NCBI GenBank assembly: GCA_965644295.1
Contig: CBFFRP010000298.1
Coordinates: 248,001-312,000, forward strand
Direction of reading: 5' to 3'
Source of the DNA: Paraphysomonas bandaiensis
Taxonomy: Eukaryota; Protista; Chrysophyceae
Length of the DNA stretch: 64,000 nt
Shown here piece after piece: positions 25,786 through 38,121 of the stretch. Each line of letters opens with the position of its first letter. The stretch's first letter is position 1. The notes beneath the pieces are model-generated. The model did no database searches. It saw nothing but the letters and a program-made list of their open reading frames with translations, and was not told the DNA's origin. A program made the translations under genes and the position numbers.

Positions 25786-27623
25786 ATCAAACTGTAGCTG
25801 TACACACTACAATGGGCGCTGTGTATACGTATGTACGTATGTACTACATTCGTACACACCTATCGTATATTTTAGTACACGGCTGTATGATATCACGCCA
25901 AGCTTTCACTCCAATGACAGCCAACCTCCTATATGAAGATGACAAAAGACTGTGATATTGTAGTAATGTGATTGTTGCAACACCTTAATAAGCAACACCA
26001 ATATTTTCTCCACAAGTCGTATCTTCGCATATATTTTTCCTACTCATGCTGTAGTAGTATTGTAGATTCTGTATTTCATTGCTACGCAGAATACAGGATA
26101 TCTACGAACGATTGACAACAACAAGCTATATGTATGCACGTGGGAGTTGGTTGTAATAATCCTACTCAATGAGCATATAACAACATACTACAACAAGCAA
26201 GTCTACTTAGCATGATGCCACTGTATTCACTTTATGCATATGCTTCTCCGGTAAAGTATAGTCATATTTTTCATGTAAATCAAAGGATTTGAAATATTTC
26301 AATAATAGATTAGAGTATATCCGGTCACGACATGATTCATTCTCGATGTTTTGTACGATGACCTTGGTTCCTACGCTCTTTGACGAAATAATATTAGATT
26401 ACAACATGCTTCGTGATATATTGAATTGAGGCGCTTGGCACTTTCAGTAGTGTGTGTGTTTCCATCCGCGGTTTGTGTCCATGGTTCGAGTTCAGATAGC
26501 ACCCACCGAACCCATACCAGTTCGTTTATTCAACTACATACGGATTGATACACACTCTGCACTGATAACGTGGCATGCCTTAGCTGTCCCTCTGTAGTGA
26601 ATACCATATAACCTGAAATAAAAAATTGAGAACTTAGTGAACAGCACAATATTATAGTGTAAATAATATAAATGTAACCACCGAAACTGTTTTTTTCTGA
26701 CGAAAACCAATAAAGTTATCAATATAGAAGTACCTTGTATAAAGATCCTTTAAACTTGAAGAAATTATGTAAATACAGTCGTCGTGATATGAATGTACTA
26801 TCACTATAAACAAGTGTATGATGGACAGATATAACATATCTCTTTTATCGATCAGAAGTCCTACAATGTCCTACCTATTGAAGACAACCGACGAGATCCG
26901 CTCAGGCATATATCTTTGTTCCACTGGAACACGAACTCAAGCAATATTCAAATGCAACACTCAATAAACTATTCAACTCATTGTCGTGATATTGATTGCA
27001 ATATCTTTCATTGTCACAGTCTACCTCACCGCAAGGGTCAATGTACTACATAGTCAACTACACTATGAGCATTGAAAGCATTGCAAGCATTAGAGTGGCG
27101 CTATCCGCACATATGAAACTCTGATTGCACATATTCTCAATCAAGCAGATGATAAACTGTATGGTGTTCTGAACTAAACTAGAGCCATGCTGACTTGTCA
27201 ACACTGATGATGGCCCTGTACAGCAGTGACAGTGTGTGTATAGACATGTATATGGCTCATGATATGAGGATACATGCCTGTATATAGCGTATACTGTACA
27301 CTGCAGGCCCTACATGTATTCCGGTACAATGGTAGGAATCCTACATGAATATGTATGTGTGTAGGCTAGTGACGAGTGTAGGCACTTGTACTAGTATGTG
27401 TGTAGGCACTAGTATGGATATGGCTCGATAGAATTCTAGCAGAGCGAGTTGTTTTTATTGTGATGGATGATCGTATCTAGCCTATACCGCATACAGATAT
27501 CTACATACCATACCACACCACACTCCTCCCAATATTAACACTACTCACATCTGTTTACACCATAACAAGAGTATATTGAACTGCTTATCAATCCAACGAT
27601 CCACTCACTGTGACTATTAAGAT

Positions 27624-28586
27624 ATGAGCACGCCTCTACCTGAAGATGACTTCCTAAACCACATCCCCATAGACTTCATAGCCGGTGACCTATCACCCCT
27701 CTACGACCCTGAGTGTTTTCACATAGACTCTGCTTCATCCAGCAGTAGTGATGGATTAGATATTTTCTCTGTACCACTTGATTCTAACAGCACTACACAG
27801 CAGAAGAGACCGTCAGATACTAACAACAATCCAAAAAAGAAAAAGAAAAAGAGTATTGTGAATTTAGAGTCGATCGATCGCAGTGTATATATCGATCACG
27901 TATGTAATTATTTTGAGAATCTTCCTGAAGATATCAAAAATAAAGAATGGACAGAAGAGATTCTCTTTAAGTCAGAGCAAGGAAGAATTTACCTCAGAAG
28001 AGATGATGATGTGAAAAGAGTGACGATAGATTCGATTCCGTCGGGTATTCTTCCACGTAATTCCCGCGTAGACTTCTCCGATTCAAACTCTGAAAAAGCA
28101 CTTGGAGGATGGAAGGAAAGGTATACAGATATTATTAAAGCGTTATGCAGACCATCTGAATTTAAAAAAGTAAGAGTGAAGCACGAGCGCTATAGTATTG
28201 ACGAGCTTAAACAGCGTGGCGGACTTTTCCAATCATTGCTTGCAATTTTGACCGAGGCACTACAGGAGTTGCGAGATAGGAATCTTGAGAGAATGAACGA
28301 CACAGTTGATTATTACGACGGAAAAACAATATTTGATATTATTAAAGAAGTCGGTTATGAGGATAAGCTACCTGCAGGGATCGAATTGGTTCGCAGGATT
28401 AAGAGAGATATTAAAACTGCGATATGTGAATATATGGGAATATCACGAGACGATTTCAGACGTAACCGCCGTTGGAAACGACCCAGCTTCTCAGAGTTTG
28501 CATTCCCTTTGTACAGGGAGTGTGAATGGGCGATTGCTGAGAGAGAAATACGCGTTCGCGTGAAAGAAAAATTTGGTATCGAATAG
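27624..28586 (+). CDS. Intronless 320-aa hypothetical protein (acidic N-terminus, PKKKKKK NLS-like motif)
   Basis: Long uninterrupted ATG-to-stop ORF with natural protein composition. No domain recognised. Confidence 0.75.
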   Translation: MSTPLPEDDFLNHIPIDFIAGDLSPLYDPECFHIDSASSSSSDGLDIFSVPLDSNSTTQQKRPSDTNNNPKKKKKKSIVNLESIDRSVYIDHVCNYFENLPEDIKNKEWTEEILFKSEQGRIYLRRDDDVKRVTIDSIPSGILPRNSRVDFSDSNSEKALGGWKERYTDIIKALCRPSEFKKVRVKHERYSIDELKQRGGLFQSLLAILTEALQELRDRNLERMNDTVDYYDGKTIFDIIKEVGYEDKLPAGIELVRRIKRDIKTAICEYMGISRDDFRRNRRWKRPSFSEFAFPLYRECEWAIAEREIRVRVKEKFGIE

Positions 28587-30356
28587 ACTATGTAATTGCT
28601 ATCGGTGTGAAACCTAACGACAACGAAAGGGGTTCTGAGCGATGAAGTGTGGTTGATGTTTTTTTATATGACTGTGCTGCCATTACTAATGCGTAAGTAA
28701 TGAATTGGTTGATACATGCGGCAGTATTATAGTTTCAAACGTCTAGCATCGTTGGGAAGAAAGGGAATAATTTTCTGGCGTGCTCGTCATCTTGTGTGTA
28801 GAAACTAGAGACGGATCATGTCAATAGGGAATATAAAATATGATAGGATATCAGAAAAGCCATCATGGCTGGGATGAGCTCAAGCAAAACAACTTACTAA
28901 CATATGCAAAAAACTGTAGATCGTTGATCAGTATATATCCCACCTAGAGAAGGGGATGCTACCTGGTGATTACAAAGAAATCATTCAAATACTATAGAGG
29001 CTAATTAATTGTAGAGTTACTAGTTGCATAGTTTTGATCACATTAGTCTAATGAAATGATACTTGAAAATAAAACTATAAGTATAGGAGGTAGGAGGTGA
29101 AGGAGTCTACAGATATGAGAAATCTTTTCCTTCGTTTGCTAAGAAAGACTGCTTATATTGAGCTTCTAACTGTTGTGTATTATTATGTAATTTTTAATTA
29201 ACTAAATAGTAGAATATGAGAATTTGTGCTAGTTAGTTACAGGTAGAGATCATCTAGCTTAACGATTCTTAATATAATTACTTATATAGTGTTGATTCTT
29301 GAAGCCTACTGCTAATATCAGACTTTCACAAATTGATCTTCTAACTGTTGTGGATTCAATTATTATTTATTAAACACTTTCTGTTCAAGTGGACCCTCCA
29401 GTGTTTCAATATACACAGGAATAGCGCTCTTTGTGGCCAAATTGAGCTGTGCTTCTCAGCTGTGGAAGTTACATTGTGAGTAGTGTGAAAGAGATTAAAT
29501 CCGGATTTGGAATATATTGATATTATATATATATAACTCCCCATGTGTAACTGATTTACAATAATATATTATATAACTTATTACTGTCATGTCATTGAAA
29601 ACATATTTTTTTTACATCTACTACGTAAATTATATTGCTAAAAGCATCATTTCACTGTTTACTGAGCTTAAATCAGCATTTTAAAATTTAGGACCAGGTT
29701 TTGTTTAGCTTTGACGTATGAAGAGTTTAAATTTAAACTTAAACCTTAGATTGTTGGTGTTTCCCTTTGAGCAGTATGCTGTTGAGCATTTATGGCGGGT
29801 ACATGAAATGGCGATGAAAAATCAGCCATTTAGTGTGCGACTCAAATATATAAAGAGAACCTATAATAGAAGAGTATATAAAACAACGTATTACTGATTA
29901 TTTATCGGCTTCTATACTTATCTCGTTATCTTTTTGATTTCATTCAAACAGTGTAATAACACTCTCTAGTGGCTACCAATTTGTTGTTATTGCATGAAAT
30001 TCTAAACAACAATCTGAACAATAAAATTATCTGTACCAATCAGACGGCGACTTTCTTGGGCCTGTCTACTGACATTTCTCGGGATTGGGGACTGAGCGAT
30101 AGTGTCTCTGTTTGAGGATGCAGCTACTCTTGGAGGACCTCATGATCCCCAGCAACATTAACAATCTCGAAGTGTATTGTGTATTGTTCAATATGCATTA
30201 CTTATTTTCGAGGAATTTTCAACTAGCAGGCAGCCATTTAATTTTTACTACCACCGTAGTTAACGACACAGATATAGATACCCAACTAGCATCCTACTAA
30301 ATTCGCCAGTCAAAAGTATATCCAATTATATATGCGAAGGCTTCCTGCATGCTCTC

Positions 30357-31636
30357 CTATAGGCCCTTCCCCTCAGCTCGAGAGGACTTTCGCACGCTCC
30401 GGCTTGAGGAAGGCTCTTTGTACCCTGATCGAGCGGATGATGGGGTCGAGTTCGTACCAGAAGCTTTGGCACCCATTGCGGCCTCTGCCCCTTCTCGAGG
30501 GGTAGCCAAAGAGATACCATGTGCTTCAGTGTACTCGGATATAATGCTGTCCGCACAAACATGAGAGCAAGAAAAGTAATAGCGAAAAAGTTGAGTAATT
30601 TCAGTCTCGCATAAAAAACTCAAAATGCAAGTCGGAGCTGTAATACTCTAAGTCTTACCTAGATATATTAAGAGTGAGGATAGAGAGTGTTTGCGGCTTC
30701 TTCGCCACCAAGCTCTTGTACCTAAATATAATACGATTCGTCAGTATTCGATGACACATACATACGAAAATTCCTTTTTCTCTCAACAACTCACACAAAC
30801 TATGCTGCACACCACACTCCCACACATTTCCATAAAAAATATTTCGTAATAATGCGGTTTCGTTCAGGTATGATGTTAATTTGACTTCTGGGGGTACTTA
30901 CTCTTCAAAGCTAATATAATTTTCTCTGGATGGCTGGATCTCATTGAGAGTTCCTCGAACTACCTTCTCAATGTCATCACTGGACATGACGATCTCATGC
31001 TCTCTCATTGTGGCCGCAACCATGGTGGCTAATTCTTCTTTGCTGATGAGACCATCATCATCGGTGTCGTAGATATTGAAGGATACTGTATATAGAGGGG
31101 TTAAATCTGGCAGGGTTTACGGGCACGTGTACATTTGGATACAGTTGTATATCAAGAATAGTACGCAATGACGAATATTGACTAATACTCAAACATGTAA
31201 TATGAACAAAACAATGTGCATTACATCTTAATTTCTCTTCTGGAGTAGCTTTATTAGACAAGGCAGACAAACAAGAAATGAATTCCGAGAAATTAATCAT
31301 TTCATCGTGATTGGTATCGAATACTCGAAATATTCTGTCCAGTAGTACCGAATCGCGAAAAAGCATGGCTGTTTGAAATTCTCTGGGTATACAACATCAC
31401 ATTAAGAGAGATCAAAGATATATGTTTACGTTCTATCAATTATGCCGTCGTCTTCTTCCGTTGAGCTGATTTCTTTAAAATGAAACCACAGGGCTCTAAT
31501 TTCTTGAGCTGTAACTGTAATAGACATTACAGAGAAAGAATTAAGAGGAAATTATTTGATACTTACAGTGCGTTGACTGCACATAGGCAGCAATTTCATC
31601 TCTGCGTAAACTACAAACCGTAAATTTATTTCCCAT
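30357..31636 (-). CDS. Calcineurin B-like / NCS-type EF-hand calcium sensor (multi-exon)
   Basis: MGNKFTVC start; THFTAQEIRALWFHFKEISSTEEDDGIIDR.EFQTAM; DRIFRVFDTNHDEMINFSEF; SFNIYDTDDDGLISKEE; ISFEEYKSLVAKKP. Confidence 0.9.
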
Positions 31637-32261
31637 AATATCTTTCAATTATAAACGATTGTAGTATAAATCTGGCTGGTGATTATCAACGGTACAGCCG
31701 AGGAAAAATCACTAGCAAAGAAAATGGATAATATAATATTGACGGGTGAAGTAGTGTGTAATCCAGTGTTGTGATCATCTCTCTATTGTGTGTATGTATA
31801 TACATGTATAGTGTGTAAAATCATACGTTTTATGGATGTTGTTTTTTTCCATACTCTGTGCTACATATACACTGTATATCTATATAATATATATCTGTAT
31901 ATGGTATACAGTAGCCGTATATATAGAGAGAGTTGGAAATCTCGATATCATTTTCAGTTTTTGTTGCTTAAATAATATCCGTTACTCTAACTCATGGCTT
32001 ATTTTCAGTTTTGTCGATTCATGATATGATTTTTTTGCGTAAAATTTCACAATTAAGAATGAAAGAGCCGTTTGGCCGTTTCTTACAGTTGATATTATGT
32101 ACACTGTACATATACACACATCTCGGATTCTTAATCATATATATATATATATATATTAGGACTAGGACTGTTTCTTATAAATATTCATAGTGTGATATTA
32201 ATTGAATTAAGAGTTTTCACACTGTCAATTGAGATAGTGCATTAAAGTATATTCTTAAAGA

Positions 32262-32991
32262 ATGCCGGAGAAAAGATGGAAAAAGAAAATGATGGAAAGG
32301 GGATACGACAGTCATGTACAGAGAGTACGTATAACTGCGGCACAGAAGTCTTGTTTCCAATTATCTTGTTTTTGTTCTATAGATAGCTGAGATTAAGAGC
32401 TCTGTCGATTCAACAGCTCCCAGAAGTAAACCTCCTAGTAAAAAGAAAGAAATTGACAGGGTAAAGTGTAATTAATCGTTGATCTCGTTGTGTAACACTT
32501 TAACATGAGCAGCGCCGACGATGTCAAGCAATTGAGCAAGACAATAGACTTTTATTAGAGAGGCTGGCGAAAATAATGAGAAAGAAGACTATTGACAACG
32601 AGAATAAGCATGCCAAATTTGGCAAATCTTTAACTCAAACGCACAGGCGGTTAGAATTGCAGCGTATTACTCAAGAAAATCAGCGTCTGTTGAAGAGAAT
32701 ACAGGAGACTGAACCCATTTACAACCATCTTAACTGGGAAGTATGTATTTCACTTATTTGTTGAACAGTGAGTAACGCTCGATTTAGGAGGATGCTAAGA
32801 AGAGGTCCATGTACATGAAAAACATGTCTGACTTTCAGGAGTACGTACCACCAGCTCGGACAGTAACATCCCTATTCCGAAATAGATCCGCATCGACGAG
32901 GCGTATTGCGCCTGAGTTAACGCCAGCCAAGGAAAGACCAGTTTCTGCGCCAAGGCGACGGATGTCTAACAATCAACAGCATTGTAATTAG
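32262..32991 (+). CDS. CFAP97-domain (KIAA1430/Hemingway-like) flagellar-associated protein (4 exons)
   Basis: HVQRIAEIKSSVDSTAP...IEQDNRLLLERLAKI...RRLELQRITQENQRLLKRIQETEPIYNHLNWE. Confidence 0.8.
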
Positions 32992-33459
32992 CTATGTGAA
33001 CTAACAGATGACTTAGTTTATATTATATGGTGTTGGAGTGTATTGATGTAAATAAATTTAATTTATATAGAGAGTAACAGGATATTAATAGTATTACTGC
33101 AAATATGACTTTTAAAATTGTTGAGTTTTTAATGTTTTAACTGTTTTAACTCACTCCATTTTCCTTGTGCGTAAACATTTTGACAATCATTCAACACTGC
33201 AATATAATATATTGTATTAGATAGCACTTTGCTTTTTTTAACACGGTGGGACTGATCACACTGCCGCAGAATTATTATGTGACTTTTTAGAAGCACAGGA
33301 AGACATATATCTAGGCGAGGATCAGAAATCATCAGCGGTGGTTATTAGAAAAAAGTCGGAGGTCGGAGTCATACGTTCAGTGGTTTTAGGTGGTTGCGTA
33401 TTCGTCAGTTATGTCTTATGGTGTGAAGAGCTTATCTACAGCTTTAAATTGAGAGGGAG

Positions 33460-34052
33460 TGTTTGTTGAGTTTCGCTGTTTAAGCAATTAAAAGCTGTAA
33501 TTCTAAGGTATTGGAAATATGATCCTTAGTCGAAGAACACAGTAGTACTTATATGAGAACTAACAGTATGATAGCTACTGTAGTAATATAGCTGAATAAT
33601 AATATTGATAATACAACGTAGTGACGATGTAAGATCGTATGAGAAATGATTGGTCGCAGAGATAACATGAAATAGATGAATGAGAAGATATATTGTTTAT
33701 AATAGTTTAAACAAGATTAATGAGGGAATACACGTCCAGTTAATTTAGAACATCATCCAATTCTGTCATAACTTGACAGTGTTGAGTTTTGCTGTTTGAG
33801 AGCAATTGAAAGCTGTTGTTCAAAGATATTTGAATTATGACTGTTAAAGGAAGAATACAGAAGTGGTTAACTGAAATATGAGCTAATTGCAATCGTAGTA
33901 ATGAAACGAAAATATATTGACCATTGACCGTATAAAATCGTGATATCTAAGATTCTATAGGAGTATCAACTAGTGACAAATGACTTTAGCGATTGACAGT
34001 GAATGGCAAGTGATAATGATCATAATTTTTTATGTTACTTCGTGTATCTAAC
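33460..34052 (+). repeat. Two adjacent family-B repeat copies; the second is interrupted by the LTR element
   Basis: Units start at ~33465 and ~33780. The sequence after the LTR element (38634 taacttataatc..agca...gagtg) matches the family-B continuation at 18426. Confidence 0.65.
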
Positions 34053-34635
34053 TGTAACGACTACGGGTGATTGAGCCTCGCTTTCATGACTAACATTGCT
34101 GGTCTTATCATCCCTGTCCATGTGCACAGGTGATGTGGGGTAGGATAGTCTTCTCACAACACTCTTCACTTAACTTCCTCTTCTTACTCTTTACTTCGCT
34201 ACTTCTTAACTTTCAACTCAACTACAATATCAACTTTCACTATTATATCTAAAACTCCATATCCTTCTACCTATATCCCCATAGTTAATTCTAGAAGTGG
34301 TTTCCCAGCCATAAATAGCTAGTTTTCTACTTCCAGAAATAATCATATAGAAATCCCTTAACATCCTGCTATCTACTCTTATATCATCCTACAGAATACC
34401 TACGTATACCATCATAATACTGTACGGGTTATCATGAACGTCCGTTACATCCGTATGTACGGGTAGTTCCGGTACACTCCAACCCTATATCTGGCCTTAA
34501 TACTCGTATCTTCTAATCTAATCATAACTACCATCTACATCTCATCTCATACTACAACCTACATCACTTCATCTTATTCTTCAGCCATAACAACCTCCTA
34601 AATCACCCATACTTGTCATACCCAATTTTGCTACA
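34053..34635 (-). repeat. 3' LTR (583 bp)
   Basis: Direct repeat of 38053-38633. I count 4 substitutions and one 2-bp indel by eye. Preceded on the minus strand by the PPT. Confidence 0.97.
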
Positions 34636-34725
34636 CTTCCCCCTAATCCAAGACCTGAATAGGTCCAACAACATAACGATTTGGCTTCATATTGACCACA
34701 TGAACTCTCACAGATTCATCCTGTA

Positions 34726-37700
34726 TCATTGTCTTACACAATACTGGTTAGGGCATTGTCTTGTCTTCCACACAGTATTGACCCTCCGTTCTTCCGTGAT
34801 ATTACCTTGATACACTGGATGTTCTGCTACCCGATGTTTCGTCTTAGCCATCCATTTCATTGTTTCTGCGTATGACTTTCCTTTCATGACAACAGGTATA
34901 CCCTCTGGTGTTCGCACCACAAAAGCACGATGCTCTTTCAACTCCTTCACCTCCGCTCCTCCCCATAAGCATGAAGCCGTCATATTAGGTATCAGATCAA
35001 ACTTACACTTCCATATGCTTTGTATCGGATGTCCAGTCTTCAATTCTCCCAACATTTCACCATAATACTCCACTCCGTCTATCCGCATACATAAATATAC
35101 ATACTTTGTCACTCGTTCCGGACATCTTCCTTGTCCTGTAGCTCCCATCACCAGGTATTGTTGATCCCTTGGATACTCATGAACTTCTAAACCCATTTCT
35201 TCTGCTAGCCCTTCATGCATGAATGCTCCCTCTGATCCACCATCCACATGAATTGCCATCGGAATTGTCTCTTCTCTTACAATCGCTTCTCCACACCACC
35301 AAGTTAAAGTATCCATCCTTATCTTCTTATCATCATGTTGTGCCGGTGACGTCATCGTATGTGCCACACTGACTTTTCTATTAGACACCTGCTGATTTCC
35401 ATCCACTGACTTCACCGTCTCTAATCCTCTGGTTTCCTCTACCCTTTCCTTGGTCGGCTCTCCTACGGTCCGCACATGATGTAAGACATTCCTCATACTC
35501 TTCACCTGCTCTTCTTTCGCATCAGCTACCATTTGTACGAATTTTCTTTTCAACACATCTCCAAGTTCTTGCCACGCCTTGCTATTTTGCTTCATGACCT
35601 CAAATATCTTCTCTAAAGTCTTCGCCTCAAACTTAGCAAATCTCCATGGCTTATATCCGTTAAACTCCGCACATTTCATATATGTCCCATCATCTTTCTT
35701 CCTATCATCTCTAAATGGACAAAAACGGTTCATATAGTGTTTAAACCCACATGTCTCACACTTAAGGAACTTCCATGGTCGGGTACTTCTTTCTAGTCCA
35801 TCTATCCTTCGTTCACACTTTTCTGGAGCTGCTCTTCCCGCATACACTCCATGTGACCTTACCACCTTCTCATTCTTACTGTTAAGGCTGTCTTGATCCA
35901 CTATCCGAGGTACAATCTGTGCAACAGTAGACACTAAAAAGTTCCGATCATATTGCACGTTCCTCACTCCCATACACTGCTTTATTTGGATAATGCTCTC
36001 CACTTCATCTGCTACCCTTTTACCTACTCGTGGCATATCTATAGTCTTCACCTTGAACTTGTGATATAACTCTCTCTCTGGCTCAGTTACTCCCGCTTGC
36101 GTAATTAAATATCTTAACTCCGTCAGAGACTTCTCAAACGCCTGTGGTGATTCGTCGGATAACTCGAACCTATCGATCTCCATCATTAATACTGCAGGAT
36201 CCATCTTTACCCCGAAGGCTTCTGTAAACAATATGGAGAACTGATACAGTGCATATCCCCATGCCACAACATCCGTCTCAGGGGTCTCCTCTGCTCGTCT
36301 GTTCCTATCTATGTCCATCTCGAAGTCACCTGATGCCATTCTCCATCTCACCTCTTCAGCTAACTCTCCTTTGAATACTGTTCCTCCTCTTATCTCCGCT
36401 AATATTCTCATGGGTGACATATTCGCAGTATGCGCTGCTGCATAAAGACTATCAAAGAACTGGACACAATCCACTCCCTTCACCATTCCTGCTGAGCGTC
36501 CTAAAGCATCAAAGTCTATAGGTTGGAATCTCAGCTTTCCTGCGGTCTCCATCCTCATCCATCGAGGTATAGGTATCTTCCCCAATAAGTCAAACACATG
36601 CTGCGCAACATTCCGAGTCCTCAGAAAACTCTGACACTTTTCCTCTAACTGCCAATCCAGACTACTCTTGTACTCCTTTCCCACCATATTACACCAGCGG
36701 CAGAATGTCTTATATCCACATGTCTCTGCTTCTTCCCGTGTCATAATAGTCTGTATTCCTGGTAAAGGCCCTCTCATAACTCCCTTCCTATATACTCCTG
36801 CGTCGTTCTCCCATTCATCACTATCTGTTTCATCAACTTCCTCCATCATTACGCGCATCCTGTCTAAGGTCCTTCTATTGCTATCACACATGCTCTCTCC
36901 TTTCTGTATCCACAACATCCTTGCCTTCTCTGATAACTCCTTCCTAGCAGCTAACAGCGCCTCTTGCTGAGCCTCCACATACTGTATCCTCTCCCCTATT
37001 CGGTTTAGTTCAGTCAGCTGGCTGAGCATCTTTATACCCGTCTCCATACTACCACTCAATAGTCTTCTTCGATTCCGGAGCCAATATTCACACGCCTGAC
37101 GGTGCGCTGCAGTCAACCCTTCATTCCCTACTCCTATTTCTAATTCTTTCATCAACAGTCGATGCAACTCTCTTTCACTCTGTACACTTCTACTTAATCT
37201 CCCAATCTGTCCTTTTACACTCCGTTCTCTACTAGGCTCCACCAACCATTCAGGTACTCTCATCTGCTTTTCTATCTCTTCTCCAAGACCTCTGGATAGG
37301 TCCCTAAAATTCACTTCTCTCACATAATCCTCTCTTTTACTATATCTAGGGCCTCCTGATGGGCCCCTCATATCTTCTTCAGTTGCATAATCCTCTCTTC
37401 TACTATATCTAGGACCTCCTGATGGGCCCCTCATATCTTCTTCAGTTGCATAATCCTCTCTTCTACTATATCTAGGACCTCCTGATGGGCCCTTCAAATC
37501 TTCATCTTTCATATAATCATCTCTTCTGGCATATCTAGGACCTCCTGATGGGCCCCTCACATCTTCATCTTTCTTGTAATCATCTCTTCTACTATATCTA
37601 GGACCTCCTAATGGGCCCCTCACATCTTCTTCAGTTGCATAAACATATCTTCTTTTAATATTCTCTTCTCTTCCTGTGCTCCTCCACGAGCTCTTCATAT

Positions 37701-38121
37701 CATCTCTACTACTCCTATCCCCCATCTCCAGGTCTCTGCCTCCAAGAATAGGATCACGCATCCATTCTATCTGCTCTGTAGACCTTCCAGACCAATTGGG
37801 TTGGGTTCCACCTTTCCTGTCATCCATACTCTGCATCCTCAGCCCGTGCTCCAATAGGTCCTTCTGTGCATGGGACCGCAGTTCCTCCTTAGTCTCCTGT
37901 CTCTCCTCTCCCTCATGGTCTAGGCTGATACTCTCAATGTTTCCCTCTTCTGGCGAAGGCTCTCTCTGAGATCGTGCCGATAGTGCGCTGGGTGACGCAT
38001 GGCTGAGTTGATCACTCTCAACCACTGTACCCAGCCCACGTTGTCCACCAAGTGTAACGACTACGGGTGATTGAGCCTCGCTATCATGACTAACATTGCT
38101 GGTCTTATCATCCCTGTCCAT
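34726..38121 (-). CDS. Gag-protease polyprotein (first ATG 38121; frame open from 38169)
   Basis: Coiled-coil/helical Gag-like region, zinc-knuckle-like CETCGFKHYMNRFC, retropepsin-like AIHVDGGSEGAFM...LVMGATG...CLWG. No YxDD, RNase H or DDE motifs seen. Confidence 0.85.
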   Translation of the reverse strand: MDRDDKTSNVSHDSEAQSPVVVTLGGQRGLGTVVESDQLSHASPSALSARSQREPSPEEGNIESISLDHEGEERQETKEELRSHAQKDLLEHGLRMQSMDDRKGGTQPNWSGRSTEQIEWMRDPILGGRDLEMGDRSSRDDMKSSWRSTGREENIKRRYVYATEEDVRGPLGGPRYSRRDDYKKDEDVRGPSGGPRYARRDDYMKDEDLKGPSGGPRYSRREDYATEEDMRGPSGGPRYSRREDYATEEDMRGPSGGPRYSKREDYVREVNFRDLSRGLGEEIEKQMRVPEWLVEPSRERSVKGQIGRLSRSVQSERELHRLLMKELEIGVGNEGLTAAHRQACEYWLRNRRRLLSGSMETGIKMLSQLTELNRIGERIQYVEAQQEALLAARKELSEKARMLWIQKGESMCDSNRRTLDRMRVMMEEVDETDSDEWENDAGVYRKGVMRGPLPGIQTIMTREEAETCGYKTFCRWCNMVGKEYKSSLDWQLEEKCQSFLRTRNVAQHVFDLLGKIPIPRWMRMETAGKLRFQPIDFDALGRSAGMVKGVDCVQFFDSLYAAAHTANMSPMRILAEIRGGTVFKGELAEEVRWRMASGDFEMDIDRNRRAEETPETDVVAWGYALYQFSILFTEAFGVKMDPAVLMMEIDRFELSDESPQAFEKSLTELRYLITQAGVTEPERELYHKFKVKTIDMPRVGKRVADEVESIIQIKQCMGVRNVQYDRNFLVSTVAQIVPRIVDQDSLNSKNEKVVRSHGVYAGRAAPEKCERRIDGLERSTRPWKFLKCETCGFKHYMNRFCPFRDDRKKDDGTYMKCAEFNGYKPWRFAKFEAKTLEKIFEVMKQNSKAWQELGDVLKRKFVQMVADAKEEQVKSMRNVLHHVRTVGEPTKERVEETRGLETVKSVDGNQQVSNRKVSVAHTMTSPAQHDDKKIRMDTLTWWCGEAIVREETIPMAIHVDGGSEGAFMHEGLAEEMGLEVHEYPRDQQYLVMGATGQGRCPERVTKYVYLCMRIDGVEYYGEMLGELKTGHPIQSIWKCKFDLIPNMTASCLWGGAEVKELKEHRAFVVRTPEGIPVVMKGKSYAETMKWMAKTKHRVAEHPVYQGNITEERRVNTVWKTRQCPNQYCVRQ
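37324..37642 (-). repeat. 63-bp coding tandem repeat, five copies (YATEEDMRGPSGGPRYSRRED)
   Basis: 63-nt period (agttgcataa at 37381 and 37444), giving a 21-aa unit in the ORF. Confidence 0.95.

Noticed and set aside
26430-26520. GGTTCGAG B-box-like motif suggesting a tRNA or SINE
   Set aside because: No cloverleaf, A-box or acceptor stem can be formed.
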